This document shows, in pieces, positions 1 through 11,783 of a stretch of 64,000 bases of DNA. Position 1 is the first letter of the stretch, and the number at the start of each line of letters is the position of its first letter. A program made the translations under genes and the position numbers. Source of the DNA: Azolla caroliniana (taxonomy: Eukaryota > Plantae > Polypodiophyta). The stretch lies in NCBI GenBank assembly GCA_043228905.1, contig JBHGNT010000002.1, positions 17,050,001-17,114,000 on the forward strand, in the 5' to 3' direction. The notes under the pieces were generated by a model, which did no database searches, was not told the origin of the DNA, and saw nothing but the letters and a program-made list of their open reading frames with translations.

Positions 1-1470
1 CACGTTAAGCACTTTGCCACAGGAGTTCACACAAGACATAACACCGATGGGAATGCCTGTAGCCACAAGAGGCCCTGATATTAAATCTTTCTCCTGTTGA
101 AAGAAATGGTTTGTGTTATTCTCATGCTGCATCTTTGTTGGTGAATCTGCTGGCTTTCTTGATTCAAGTGGCCAAATAGGAGCATCATGTTGAGAACTGA
201 GGGGAGACGTACCAATTTTGACACTGACATCATGGTATGCTGCACCTAACTGATGTTTTACCCCATGTGCTGGAGGACATTTGACTGATTGATCTGGATG
301 CATGTGATGTGAAATATCTAGGATTGCAGGTTGTTGGAGCTGGGAAAACCTTGATGTTATCGTTGGAGATGAAGGATTCGAAGGAGATGTTTTAAAACCC
401 CTTGGCAAAGGCTGCAGATTCACCTGGGACATTCCCACAGGTTTTAATTGCAGTGCAATACCAAGGGAAGTTGATGCATTGATAGGAGGCTGATGATCAT
501 TCCAAATACCAATTGGCTCTAGACCCATCAAATTATTTGAACTATCAATAGACACCATGCCCACTGGTCTTGTTTCTGGCATTCCATTAATTGCATCTAC
601 ATACACTTCCTCCGTGGTCCTTACATCTAGGACATCAGTTAAATGTCCATCATTCTCGGATAGAGAAAAGAGAAAGATACGCAACTTTGAGGATCCCTCA
701 ATGGTGTGCACCCTGTCATATTCTTCCATCATATTTTCCACATCTTCATCACAGGAAACAGATACTAATGCATCAAGATCTTCATCTGGTAGTTGATATT
801 TCAACAAAACAGGCTGCCCATAGAGATGCTGCATCTTGGGCATAAGATTACTATATTTCATATGTCGATCGATGGTGATTATTCGTGTATCACCACCAGC
901 ATATCGAAGCTTTCCATCCCCAGGTCTGGGGAGGATCTTTCCACCGAAACTGCACATAAATTTTATTCGTCCTCCATATTGCTCCCATGATGAGCTATTA
1001 CTGAAAGAAACCTGAAATTCCATGTCACAATTAGAAGTCTAAAACCATACGGTAATAGTGAGACAGTGCAAGAATGTGAAGGAATAAATCCAAGACAAAA
1101 GATATACCCTTTCTGGTGCTCCTGTCGTATCAGCTGTACTTCCTATTCTCTCTCCTAGAATTCCTGCAAGTTCTTCATGTTGTAAATATCCGAACAATTC
1201 ATTTGTACCACCATGGTAAGTTATGGACTGTTGTGTTTTCCTTTTGGGCAGGAATCTTGGAGAATTATCATGCATCAAAAATTCATCCCTCAGAATCGTC
1301 TCTCCTGATATAAGTCCAGAATCCACAAAAGCCGGTGGCCCAAGGGAGTACTGTGGCTCCAAAGAAGCATAGGAGACAGAAGGATCCATAACATTAGCCG
1401 AGTATAGAGACAGTTCACCTACAGAAACTTCAGAGGTTCCTTTGCTAGTTTCCGGTCCTCGGGCAGCCAT
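1..1470 (-). CDS. PB1-domain protein, 5' part (coding exons 1470-1108 and 1011-<1); probably a B4-group Raf-like MAPKKK whose kinase domain would lie outside the window
   Basis: ATG at 1470; GT-AG phase-0 intron 1107-1012; second exon reads IKFMCSFGGKILPRPGDGKLRYAGGDTRII...LKYQLPDEDLDALVSVSCDEDVENMMEEY, the plant PB1 signature. The kinase assignment is inference only. Confidence 0.85.
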
Positions 1471-3169
1471 TTAGTTCTGGTTAAGGGGCAATGATTTCCA
1501 AGGAACAAAATCTTTAGACACTGCAACAGATAGAAAAGAGCAAAAGCTTAAAAACAATGATATAAGGCTTCTTTACTATCCTTAAAATCCTCTTTTGACT
1601 TCAACCTATAATCGAATTCAGATTTCTCCTACAGGATAAGTCCATCTAGAATCGCAAATTATAAACAGTCCTGAACTACAAGATCTTTACAGGCTACAGC
1701 CTCAGTGTAGTGTTCAGACAATAACCATCCAAACTATGCATGGACAGCCAGACCTCATAGCCTTGGTAATTGGCTCCCAATTGTTGGTTACAGGTGTGCA
1801 TATAGGGCTATAGCATAAATACCACCTGAGAAATAAAGTTCATGTGGAATCACATATCCCAAAGGAAGTCTACACAGTGACATTTTTAGTAATGCCCGGC
1901 TAGAATCTACTGTGACTGAAGGTGCACCTTTTTCCCAGTAAAGAAAAAAAGAAAAAAAAGTTATAGTGACGTCTTTTAAGAGGCCAGAATGGCCTATAAG
2001 ACCAAACAAGAGAGTATATCTTATAATGTTTTCTCGACTTTGATAACAACAAACCAAAATGAATATAACTAAAGATATGGTACTAAAGAATCTAGATATC
2101 TAAGAACTTAATATTCTGAAATTAGATAAGACTGAAATTTTTGTTTTCGAAAAATCTTTAACATGTGTCGCCCCAAGATGGGGAGATGTTTGAAGCAAGG
2201 GAAGCACATTAAGAGCCAAGTAAAAATGGCATTCATTTGTTGGTGACAAGGGGGATGAGGCCAGGGAAAGAAATAGCAAGGAGTTGCAGAATGCAACTCA
2301 TAGAAATAGCAAAAGCTTAAAACTAACTTGCATGGTTTTTTCCATATGGTGTATGAGCGCAGATTAGGGTGTGCTAATACAGTCATATAGAGTTCTTTGA
2401 TTTGGTTCAGAAAATATAGAGTTCTTTGATTTGAAATTTATAAAAATGGCCTCATAAGCTTAAATCATCTATACACGAGTTTTTCCCCAAACTGACTATT
2501 TCTTGAATGGACCTTTTCCCACAATTTTTCCCCTTTCTCATTTGCTTCTCTTTCCTTTCCTAATTCTAATTTCAAAGTTCACAATTCTCCTCCTTCTCTT
2601 TAACTCTTTTTCGTTCTCCACAAAGACTGAGGAGGATTATTACAGAGTTGATGTTGTTTATGTTTGATCATTCACCAGATAATGAATATTACTGTTAATA
2701 TCATCGATAGTCAACATAAGATACATTCCCGGAATTTTGAATGTTTTAGGATGATTTCCAATATATATAATTTTAATGTTTGTGATTTTTTATGCTTATA
2801 GTCATTGGATTCACTATATCTATCCTATCACAAATATACATCCTAAAATACATAAGCACTCTGTACTATTGCATGCCAGACATGTACTGCATTTTACGAT
2901 TAAGTACTTTGAAACTAAGAATATAGACCTTATTTCCAGTGTGGATGATCTGTCGCAACTACTCATCATAACTGATTTCAACCAATCATCACATCCAAAT
3001 TTCCAAGAAAATAAGATCTACAATCAAAAATCTGAACAAACATGTCTAAATACTAAAAGCTTAAAAGTAAGCCTCTGGAGCTCACCTTCATTGTGCGTGT
3101 ACTATGTTCCTTAGAAACCATTCTTCAAAATGCTTTTCAACAAACGATCACTCTTTACTCTTGCACTCT

Positions 3170-3860
3170 ATCTCCTGGGAAATAAGGTCTATCTAGATTG
3201 GCAGATATAAAAAATTCATAAACAGCAAAAGTTCCAGTCTAATGGAGCCCATCCACCCTTCGCTGTTTTGAACACATGATCAAAACAAAATATCTCTTCG
3301 AAATAAATTCCATATAGAAACATAATGGAAGTGTAAACAGAGAATGCTTAAAATTAAGAAGATGGAGCTCACTTACATACTTTAACCACTCTTGAATTCC
3401 ATATAGAATCATAATGGAAGTCTAAACAGAGGTTGCTTAAAACTAGGATTATGGAGCTCACTTCCACAATGTACGTGTTTTCTCAACCAATTCAAATGTC
3501 TCCAACAAAATACAGTCCATCTAGAAACATAATGAAAGGGTGAACAGCAAAAACTTTTAAAAAAAGCTTATGTATCTTAAAACTATGATCGAATTCAATA
3601 TCTCAGACAAAATAAGGTTCATCTCGAATCACAAAGAATGTATACAAATCAAAAGGTTGAGCCTCCATCGCTTGAAAAATGCTTTATTGACCTAGGGTTG
3701 AATTCAAATCTCTTCAACAATATAAAGTCCATCTCAAATAAAAAAGAAAGACTGAACGGTCAAAGCTTAAATCTAAGGTTATGAATCTCAATTTTCAGAA
3801 TGTAAGTGTACTACGATACTACAATCAAATTCGAATATCTGAAACAAACTACATAGAATT
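3170..3860. repeat. Degenerate ~90-120 bp tandem repeat (about 6-7 units) in the predicted leader intron
   Basis: Recurring TCCATMTAGAAWCATAATGGAAG..AAACAG..GCTTAAAA-like motif near 3185, 3308, 3397, 3516, 3618, 3727. Confidence 0.65.
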
Positions 3861-4013
3861 GCCACGAGTACAACAACAAGACACTCCATGAAGCCAAAAT
3901 TATTTTGGCGATGCTTAAAACAAGAAAAACATTGCTGAATAAAATCAAAACCTAATTGTTAACTCACTTTCATACCCAGTTTACAAACAAATGAACTTTA
4001 TTTGTACTTTTAC

Positions 4014-4290
4014 CTATTCCAGGAGACCTTCCTGGGTTTCCATGGATTCTGACAGAGTTCAAGATCGAAGAAGCGAAGAAGAGAGGTTCTGAAGAGAGCC
4101 CTAACTCCATGAAGTCGAATCAAGTTCTCTCTGCAAACAAAGTAAAGATGCATCGATCAAAAGAACACGAGAAATCGAGCTAAACTTAATTCAGCTTTAC
4201 CAAGATCAAGGATCGGAAGCGAAAGACAAGGGGCGATGGCGATGGCGATGGCGATGGCGGCGATTCTCCCCGGCTCTCGGAGGGTGTAGT
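4014..4290 (-). other. Predicted 5' leader exons of the PB1 gene (~4290-4201 and 4130-4014) followed by a ~2.5 kb intron to acceptor 1521
   Basis: GC-richer island with (GCGATG)n; minus-strand splice sites TTG|GTAAAG (4201), GCAG| (4131), TAG|GTAAAA (4014), TTGCAG| (1521). No transcript evidence. Confidence 0.5.
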
Positions 4291-5254
4291 GTCAATTTCT
4301 TTTCTTTTCTGTTTTTTTTATTGTTTCGTGAAAGAGACTTAGAAATATGTATAAATTATAATGTATATAAATACATACATACATACCACGTTATAAGCAA
4401 TTTACAAATATTATTGGCTTCTCTGTGGGGCCCTAGAATCCATCCAATCCAATCCAATCCAATCCCATGCTTTTTCCTCCTCTTCCTTCCATTTTGATCC
4501 ATCAATGATGGACGACCAAATCGAAATGTGACATTGAAAGGCCGCATTCAATCTTATGTGATATATGGACACTTCTCAAGCTAAGGTCGAGCAAGAATAT
4601 AACTGTTGATAATGTTTTGACATTTCTACGAATTTTATCAAGAAGTCTGGCGATTATGAACATCTTGTCTCTTGCCAATCTTATAAGCTTCACCTTTTTT
4701 GTTATGTTTTTGCCTTTATTGTGTAGCCCTTAGCTGAACTAAATATTGATTTGAATTTTTTTGTTGTACTTTATTTGCCATTAGGCTTATATATAACCTT
4801 TTAAAGAAAATGATCGATGCTATCGATCACGCAACAAATGTTCAACAAATAACCAATCTATCATGATGGATCTTAAGTGGATGTGGAGAATGTCACATCA
4901 ATTCATTTCATGACAAATTATGAAATTCAAATGATGATGAATTGACAAGTATACATAATTTGCCTAATTTATAATTAGCTAATTTATGCATGTAAGTCTA
5001 TCGTCTTAATACAATTCGTATTTGTTTTAGTTGTTATGATATCACATTGATATTATTATAGACATTTGTGAAAACAGAAGAAGAATAGGTAGGGTGGAAT
5101 GAATCATAGTGAGTTTCCCTAACCAAAGCACATTCAATAAATAATGAAGGCATAAATAAAGATCATGTGCATTTTGCAAGGAGGCTCAATGAGGTCCATT
5201 ATATGATGTTAATACAAAAGTTGAAATGATCAATACAATAAGGTCACTTAGGAT

Positions 5255-7215
5255 TGTTGGGATAAAAGTCCCACTCTGCCCACATTGTACTCCTAGTGTG
5301 AAAATATTTAGAGCTTGGTTAACCTAACTATAAAAGTATGTAATTGAGTCTTGTAAACAAGTTCGATGGTTAATGAAAAGTTGTCTCTTGAGCTCTAATA
5401 GTTTCACTATGTAACTATCATCTTCATCTTCATCCTTCTTTGTTTAATCTTTGTGAATCTAAAATGCACCATATTCTCCATTGTTATTTATTTGTTAGAT
5501 TCATATAGAAGATCCTAGTTGCAAGTCTGCAACAAGCTGACTCATCATCATCACCATACACTAGCCAGCTAAAGCGCACACACAGTGCTAACAAAGTGGT
5601 ATCAGAGCTTGCAGGGTTTGACATCAACAACAACAACAATACAAGGAGAAGAGAAGAATCGGCTAAAGGAAAGGACCAAGCCAAAAATCTCACTTCCAAC
5701 AGAATATGGCATCTACATCCGGTACTAGCGTGGAGATCCAAAAATTTGATGGCAAGAACTTTGCCCTGTGGAAGGAGATGATGTAATATATACTAACCAT
5801 CTGGTGTAAAATTGAAGCAATACGACACAACAACAAGTTGGCTTCAATGACAACAAAAGAATGGTGCTCGTTAGACGAAATCACTCAATCGACCATTTGG
5901 ATGCATTTGGCCGAAAACGTCTACTTTAGCATTGCAAAAGAGCAATCGGCATACACCCTATGGGAGAAACTCCAAGCCGTGCATGAGAAGAATTTGTCCT
6001 CATCAAAGCTCACATTGATCCGACAACTGTTCAATACGAAGATGAAGGAATTAGAGCCAACAACCTCCCATATTAATACCTTTAGCTAGGTGTTAGTCGA
6101 ACTCTCCCCTCAAGGGTTAAACTTTGAAGAAGAAATAAAAGTCCTTCTACTTCTCTTGAGCTTGTCGGCAAGTTGGGAAGTATTTTGCACAATGTTCACT
6201 AATAGCTCACCGAAGCTAACGTTGGACGAAGCTATTGGAACAATATTGTCGGAAGACATCCAACAAAGATCAATGGGATTATCCATTGAAGACAATGCAG
6301 AAGCCCACTTCTCGATAGAAACGGCTCTAAGAATCGGCCAAAGTCAAAAAGCTGGTCGAAGAGGAGAACTGATAGACAACAATCCAAGTCGTGATTAGGC
6401 AAGCTGAAAGCCTTCTACACCCATTGCAAAAAGGATGGCCACAACATTGTCGGTTGTTGGTCAGTAAAGAGAGGGAATGGAAGAAAATCTTATTGGAATC
6501 TAGGATCGTCCGATTCGGCCCACTCCTCAACTCGCAATCAAGTCAATGTTGTTGAATCCCTTGGAAGACTCGTTGACTGGAGAGATCCTATATAGCGCAC
6601 AAGATGTGCAAACGTGGTTACTCGATTCAGGAGCCACGTTCCATGTGACACATCACAACGAATGGTTTTTGGACTATTTTCCCGGAGCCGGTAGCACAAT
6701 CTGACTCGGCAATGGGCAGGAGTGCCGAATTGGCGTAATCGGCGAGATCCTAATTCAACTGGCTAATGACAACATAATCACCCTGCATCGTGTCTAGTAC
6801 ATACCCAATCTTAAAAGGAGTTTGGTCTCCATCAGCATGCTAGCTGAAGACAGGTATAAGACGACATTAAGCGAGTCGTCATGGCAGATCACTAGAGGAA
6901 ATGTCAGAATTGGCCACAACGGCAAGTACACTTATAGTGATTATTAGTCTGGAGGGATCACTCAATGTAGTTGAAATGCCGACAACTATGTTATGGCCCG
7001 GTCGACTCAGCCACATATCATAAGCCGGATTAGAACAAACTATCGGCAATTGGCTACATACTAAAACTCCATCAAGTCAAAATGGACTTCTGCGAGCATT
7101 GCTGATTCGGGAAACAGACTCGAAGTCCCTAGAACTGGTCCACACACATATATGTGGGCCGATGCCCAAAAGGTCACCAAGAGGCTCCTGGTACTTCATC
7201 ACATTTGTAGTCGGC
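5255..7215 (+). mobile_element. Degenerate Ty1/copia retrotransposon, 5' half (LTR ~5255-5593, PBS, gag, protease, start of integrase)
   Basis: TG...CA segment followed by TGGTATCAGAGC (5597-5608, tRNA-iMet PBS); copia gag (KFDGKNFALW; LWEKLQ), protease WLLDSGATFH at ~6615; stops and frameshifts. Confidence 0.85.
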
Positions 7216-8000
7216 AACATTGATTTGGTTGCCGATTGGAGAACGGTTCAAGTCAGATCGTCCTGAGTTCCACTCGAATCGTCGGTCGCTCTCCTTCTTC
7301 TTGATCAACCAGTTGTTGGAAACTTGTGACCAGTTTTTCTACAATGAGTGCAGAAATCACTTGATCGACTATTCCTTGACTTTGACCGTTGTCTGTCTCC
7401 CGTCTTTCTTGGTCGACTGGTGTTTCGACCGGTTCTTTCAACTTGTTCTCTTGGTCGACTAGATCGCTTGATCGACTCGGTCGAGTTGTGGGCTTTTGCT
7501 AACTCATCGTTGGTAAGTCCCATCAATTTTCGCCAAATGTCCTCTGTGAGGACTTGTTCGATTGTCTCATCTAGATTTAGATTCAAACAACTGTTGGCAA
7601 AAGTCGTGCAGAATACCTCCCAACTCGCTGACAAGCTTGAAAGGAGGGCAAGGGCTTTAACTTATTCTTTGAAGTTAATCCCTTGGTAGGAGAGTTTAGA
7701 TAACACCCGATTGAAGGACTTGATGTGGGAGGTTGTTGGGTCTGCCTCTCTCATCTTCATGTTGAATAACTATCAGATTAGTATCAACTTTGATGAGGAG
7801 AATTTCTTCTCGTACACCGCCTGTAATTTCTCCCACAAAGAGAATGTAGTAGTCTCCTTTGCCATACTAAAATAGACGTATTCAATCAAGTGCATTCGAA
7901 TGGTGGAGCGTGTGATTTCGTCCATGGATCTCCACTCTTCAACATACAATGAAGTCGGCTTGTCTTGTCGGTGTGCCGAATGGCTTCAACTTGTCTCCGG
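7215..8000 (-). mobile_element. Second gag fragment of the same copia family, in inverted orientation
   Basis: SASWEVFCTTFANS..LNLDETIEQVLTEDI matches SASWEVFCTMFTNS..LTLDEAIGTILSEDI of the + strand copy; partial zinc knuckle CTHCRKTGH. Confidence 0.85.
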
Positions 8001-8346
8001 AGCTTATTTCATGCTTTTACTTCTCCACACTAAATGCATTCATATATTGCTGGTGTTGTCAAGGTAGTGAAAGGCCCTTGTGAACTTTACATTGGTTGTA
8101 GAACTTGTATGTAAAGTAACTTGGAAGACCCTGTTTTTTTGTGACTGAAGTTGGGACATTAATATTGTTAATTGCATATTATAGAAGCAAGGGGTCAAAT
8201 TTGTAATTTAGAGAACCCCCCAGCCAAATTTCCTTCTATTTTTCAATTCCTTCTTCACCTTGTAAGAAGAAGGCTTATTTATTAGGTTTCCTTTCCTCAT
8301 CTTCTTCTTTCTTCTTCTTCCTTTTCCTTTTCCTTCTGCCCTGTCT

Positions 8347-8355
8347 AAACCCTAG
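8347..8355 (+). promoter_or_regulatory. Telo-box-like motif AAACCCTAG upstream of a ribosome-biogenesis gene
   Basis: Seen ~50 nt before the ATG; telo boxes are established elements of plant translation and ribosome-biogenesis genes. Confidence 0.5.
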
Positions 8356-8400
8356 GGGCGTCCCCTGCAGCCCCAGACAGCCACAGAGAGAGCCGTGGCT

Positions 8401-9162
8401 ATGGTGGAAGTAGTCCCCGCAGATCTCGTCTCCAAGGCCGTCGAGTCCCTCATGAAGTGGGAGAACTCTCGCAAGCAATCCAGAGAGAAATCCCTCCTCT
8501 TAGAAGACGACAGCCTCATCTATCTCGTTGTCTCTCTGAAGAAAACCTCACCAGATCACAACAGAGTTAACCCGATCCAAATCCCCATCCCTAACCCTAT
8601 CTTCGACCTCGACCATGGTGAGCTCTGCCTCTTCATCGACGATCGCAAGGGGAAGCTCAAGCAGAAAGAAACAAAGCTTAGGATAGCTGAAGAAGGTATT
8701 CCTATATCTAAAGTGATCCCACTCTCTAAACTCAGGACAGATTACAAAGAATACGAGGCAAAAAGGAAGCTGTGTGGGTCATATGACCTCTTCTTGGCAG
8801 ACAAATCTGTAATTCCGGCGCTCCCGAAGCTTCTTGGGAAGAGCTTCTTCAAGAAGAAAAAGCATCCAATCCCGGTTGATCTCCTCCGGAAGAAGGATTG
8901 GAAGAAACAAGTTCAGAATGCATGCCAGTCCACTTTTCTCTACCTTAAAGGCGGGACTTGTTGTGTTGTGAAAGTAGGAAAGCTCTCCCAAAGCAAAGAG
9001 GAAGTATGTGAGAATGTCATCCATGTTATTGATGCTGTTTCTTCGCATGTTCCAAAGAAGTGGAAGAATATCCGTTCTTTGTATTTGAAAACACTAGACT
9101 CCGTCCCTCTTCCTTTGCATCAAGCTTTGCCAGACCTTCCCAGGAAAATCAGTGTTGCTTAA
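8401..9162 (+). CDS. RSL1D1: Ribosomal protein L1p/L10e-domain protein (RSL1D1/Utp30-like ribosome biogenesis factor), intronless, 253 aa
   Basis: First ATG at 8401; motifs KLRTDYKEYEAKRKLCGSYDLFLAD, LPKLLGKSFFKKKKHPIPV, KKWKNIRSLYLKT. Confidence 0.9.
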   Translation: MVEVVPADLVSKAVESLMKWENSRKQSREKSLLLEDDSLIYLVVSLKKTSPDHNRVNPIQIPIPNPIFDLDHGELCLFIDDRKGKLKQKETKLRIAEEGIPISKVIPLSKLRTDYKEYEAKRKLCGSYDLFLADKSVIPALPKLLGKSFFKKKKHPIPVDLLRKKDWKKQVQNACQSTFLYLKGGTCCVVKVGKLSQSKEEVCENVIHVIDAVSSHVPKKWKNIRSLYLKTLDSVPLPLHQALPDLPRKISVA

Positions 9163-9985
9163 AAAGGGGGAATAGGTGATCTTTGCCCCACCATTTTTTG
9201 GCTTTCATACCACATTTGGGATATGATATGCTATGAATTTTGTTATATTTATCAATCCTAAGGTGAAAGGCAGGTCTTGTTGTGGGTAATTTTTGTTCTT
9301 TTTTTGGCTTTGATACTAACATTTGGTATATGCTGAGGTATGCATTTGATTCTGTTTTGTTCGTTTTCCTGGCTTTGATACTACATTGGCATGTGATATA
9401 TGGTATGATGTTTGTGGCCTATTTTGTTAATCCGACTTTGAATTCGGCATCAGATTTGATGCTTTAAGATTCGTCATTTTCTCCACTTATGTGGTTCTAT
9501 TATTGGATACATTGAAGATGGATACATTGAATGTGAGAGAATTTGTTTGTCTAGTTTTAGCTTGAGTCGATGGTACAAGGGGCCTTTGTACTGGAACTAT
9601 GGGTTTTTGCGTGTTTTCTATCATACTCTCTGGCAAAGTATCAAAATAGTGTAATGCAACACTATCATTTAGATCGGTTACATTGCCAATATATATTTTG
9701 TATCTGAGATCTTAACGAGTATTGGAAGACTGCAATGTACAACTATGCTATTTACTGATATAACCTTTAAAAAGTTCCTGTATAATACTGACAGGGACCT
9801 ACTGACAGGAACGTATCTCCTTTCCCTATAATAGATGCATTGTGCCTGTTTACATTTTCTCTCTATTTGCCTCCTATACATAATATTGTTCCATGATCAC
9901 ATTTTATGTATTGTTTGCATTTTACTCTTTTAAGATGTCATTTCTTATTGCTGTACTTCAATTATTTCTGAAGTGCATTTGGGCT

Positions 9986-10455
9986 GGTGAATTAGTATAT
10001 AATATTTGGGATTTTTAAGTGAAAGGTCTCTCAAGTGTGGTGGATATAAAAACTAAAGAAATTGATCACGTTGATAAAAATTATGTGTACACAAGCAAAA
10101 TTGGAACATAGTGTTCCAAATGCGTGACCATGATAATAGACTACTTTTAATTATGTAGAGAGCATTATGTTCTTTGTAGACGTTTATGTTTAAAATGTAG
10201 GGTAACTTTGATGTATATGTGGTGAATAAGTATATGATAAAATTTGGGATTTTTAAGTGAAAGGTCTCAAGTGTGGTGGATATAGAAACTAAAGAGATTG
10301 ATCACGTTGCAAAAAATTATGTGTACACAAGCAAGATTGGAATACAGTGTTCTGAATGCACGACCACGATAATAGACTTCTTTAATTATGTAGAGAGCAT
10401 TATGTTTTTTATAGACATTCGTATTTAAAATGTAGAGGAACTTTGATGTATGTGT
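9986..10455. repeat. Tandem duplication, 2 copies of ~235 bp
   Basis: TTTGGGATTTTTAAGTGAAAGGTCTC...AACTTTGATGTAT repeated at ~10005 and ~10243 with scattered substitutions. Confidence 0.9.
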
Positions 10456-11783
10456 TCTATTTTTATTGATTCAGTTTGAGCAAAAAATTGGAAATTTCTA
10501 CACTTTGATATGAAGCAAATAATTTTCCCTAATGCATAAACTAAACAAGTTCAGGTTTTACATTCTCAACATTGTGATAGATATTAGAGACGTGTGTTAG
10601 AAGATCCAATCATCTTTGGCTTGTTGGTTTGAATAGTAACTCATTGGATGTCAAGTTATTAAAAAACATAAATGGAATTTTATTGAGTAACTGACATCTA
10701 TCTTCTGAAACCATCTTTTATTTATGTTCCTATAAGACTTGGTCCCTTATATTTGACCCCCACGATCAAGATATTTGTTTCTTATACATAAAAGCTTATC
10801 TTTGAACATTCGTTTGCTTTTTGAGCGTAAGTTAATATTTGGTTTACCAGCTTTGCAACTTTCAGTTGTATTTTTCCAATAATTTCACAATCCTAAATCT
10901 CAACATGTTCCCAGATAATAGAAGAAGTACATTGCACATAATACAAGTATCTGACTCCATTTGCTGATTCTAATACAATCATTTTAACGTTAAGGAATAT
11001 TTTAGCACCATATTGTATGGTTTTTAATTAAGTGGACCCAACTATCAGTCTCTTCCACTTTCTGAAATTTCTTGTACAATTCAATGACACCATGCTGTCA
11101 ATATCAAGAGCAAACATTGCCTCCTCTGAATTTGATTAGGAGCATACAGTTATCTCTCCACTGCCTTCGAATTATCAAATATTGTCAATGACACATGTCT
11201 TATTTATTCATCATAGCAGATCTGTTCTGTTCTGACAATAACAGTTTATTCGATCAACCCTACCATGAGGTACTTTATCCTGAATGTAGTTTTCCATATA
11301 TCTTCTTGCACTTGATTTCCAGGTTTGATCCTTGTTCAAGTGTGAGGATGGGCAATCCAACTGTACACCACATTTCACATGTGTAACAGCAAACTTTCTC
11401 CTTACTCGTTCATATGGATGAAGTAGATAACGGTCTGAATTATGCGGACACAAAAGATATAGTGGATGTTTCCCATGTGATCAGATGGCATGCACCTCAC
11501 TCTCATATTTATTCCAAACGCCATATACCTTTTGGTTCAATGAGATCACACCTTACAAATCTCCCCTGTAGGAGATTCGTTTCTCGAGATTCCAGAGAGA
11601 TCTATATCTTAATTTGGATGCAGTCAGTAAACCATGACACATGCAAGTTACCACAATCCACTTTTTCCATGATCTTCCAAAGACGTGTGAGTAAATATCA
11701 TAATCCTTTCCATCATTGCCTATGGATACTTGTGCAAAGCTCAATAAGAAAAATGATTTCCATAAAAGAAAAAACACAGACAT

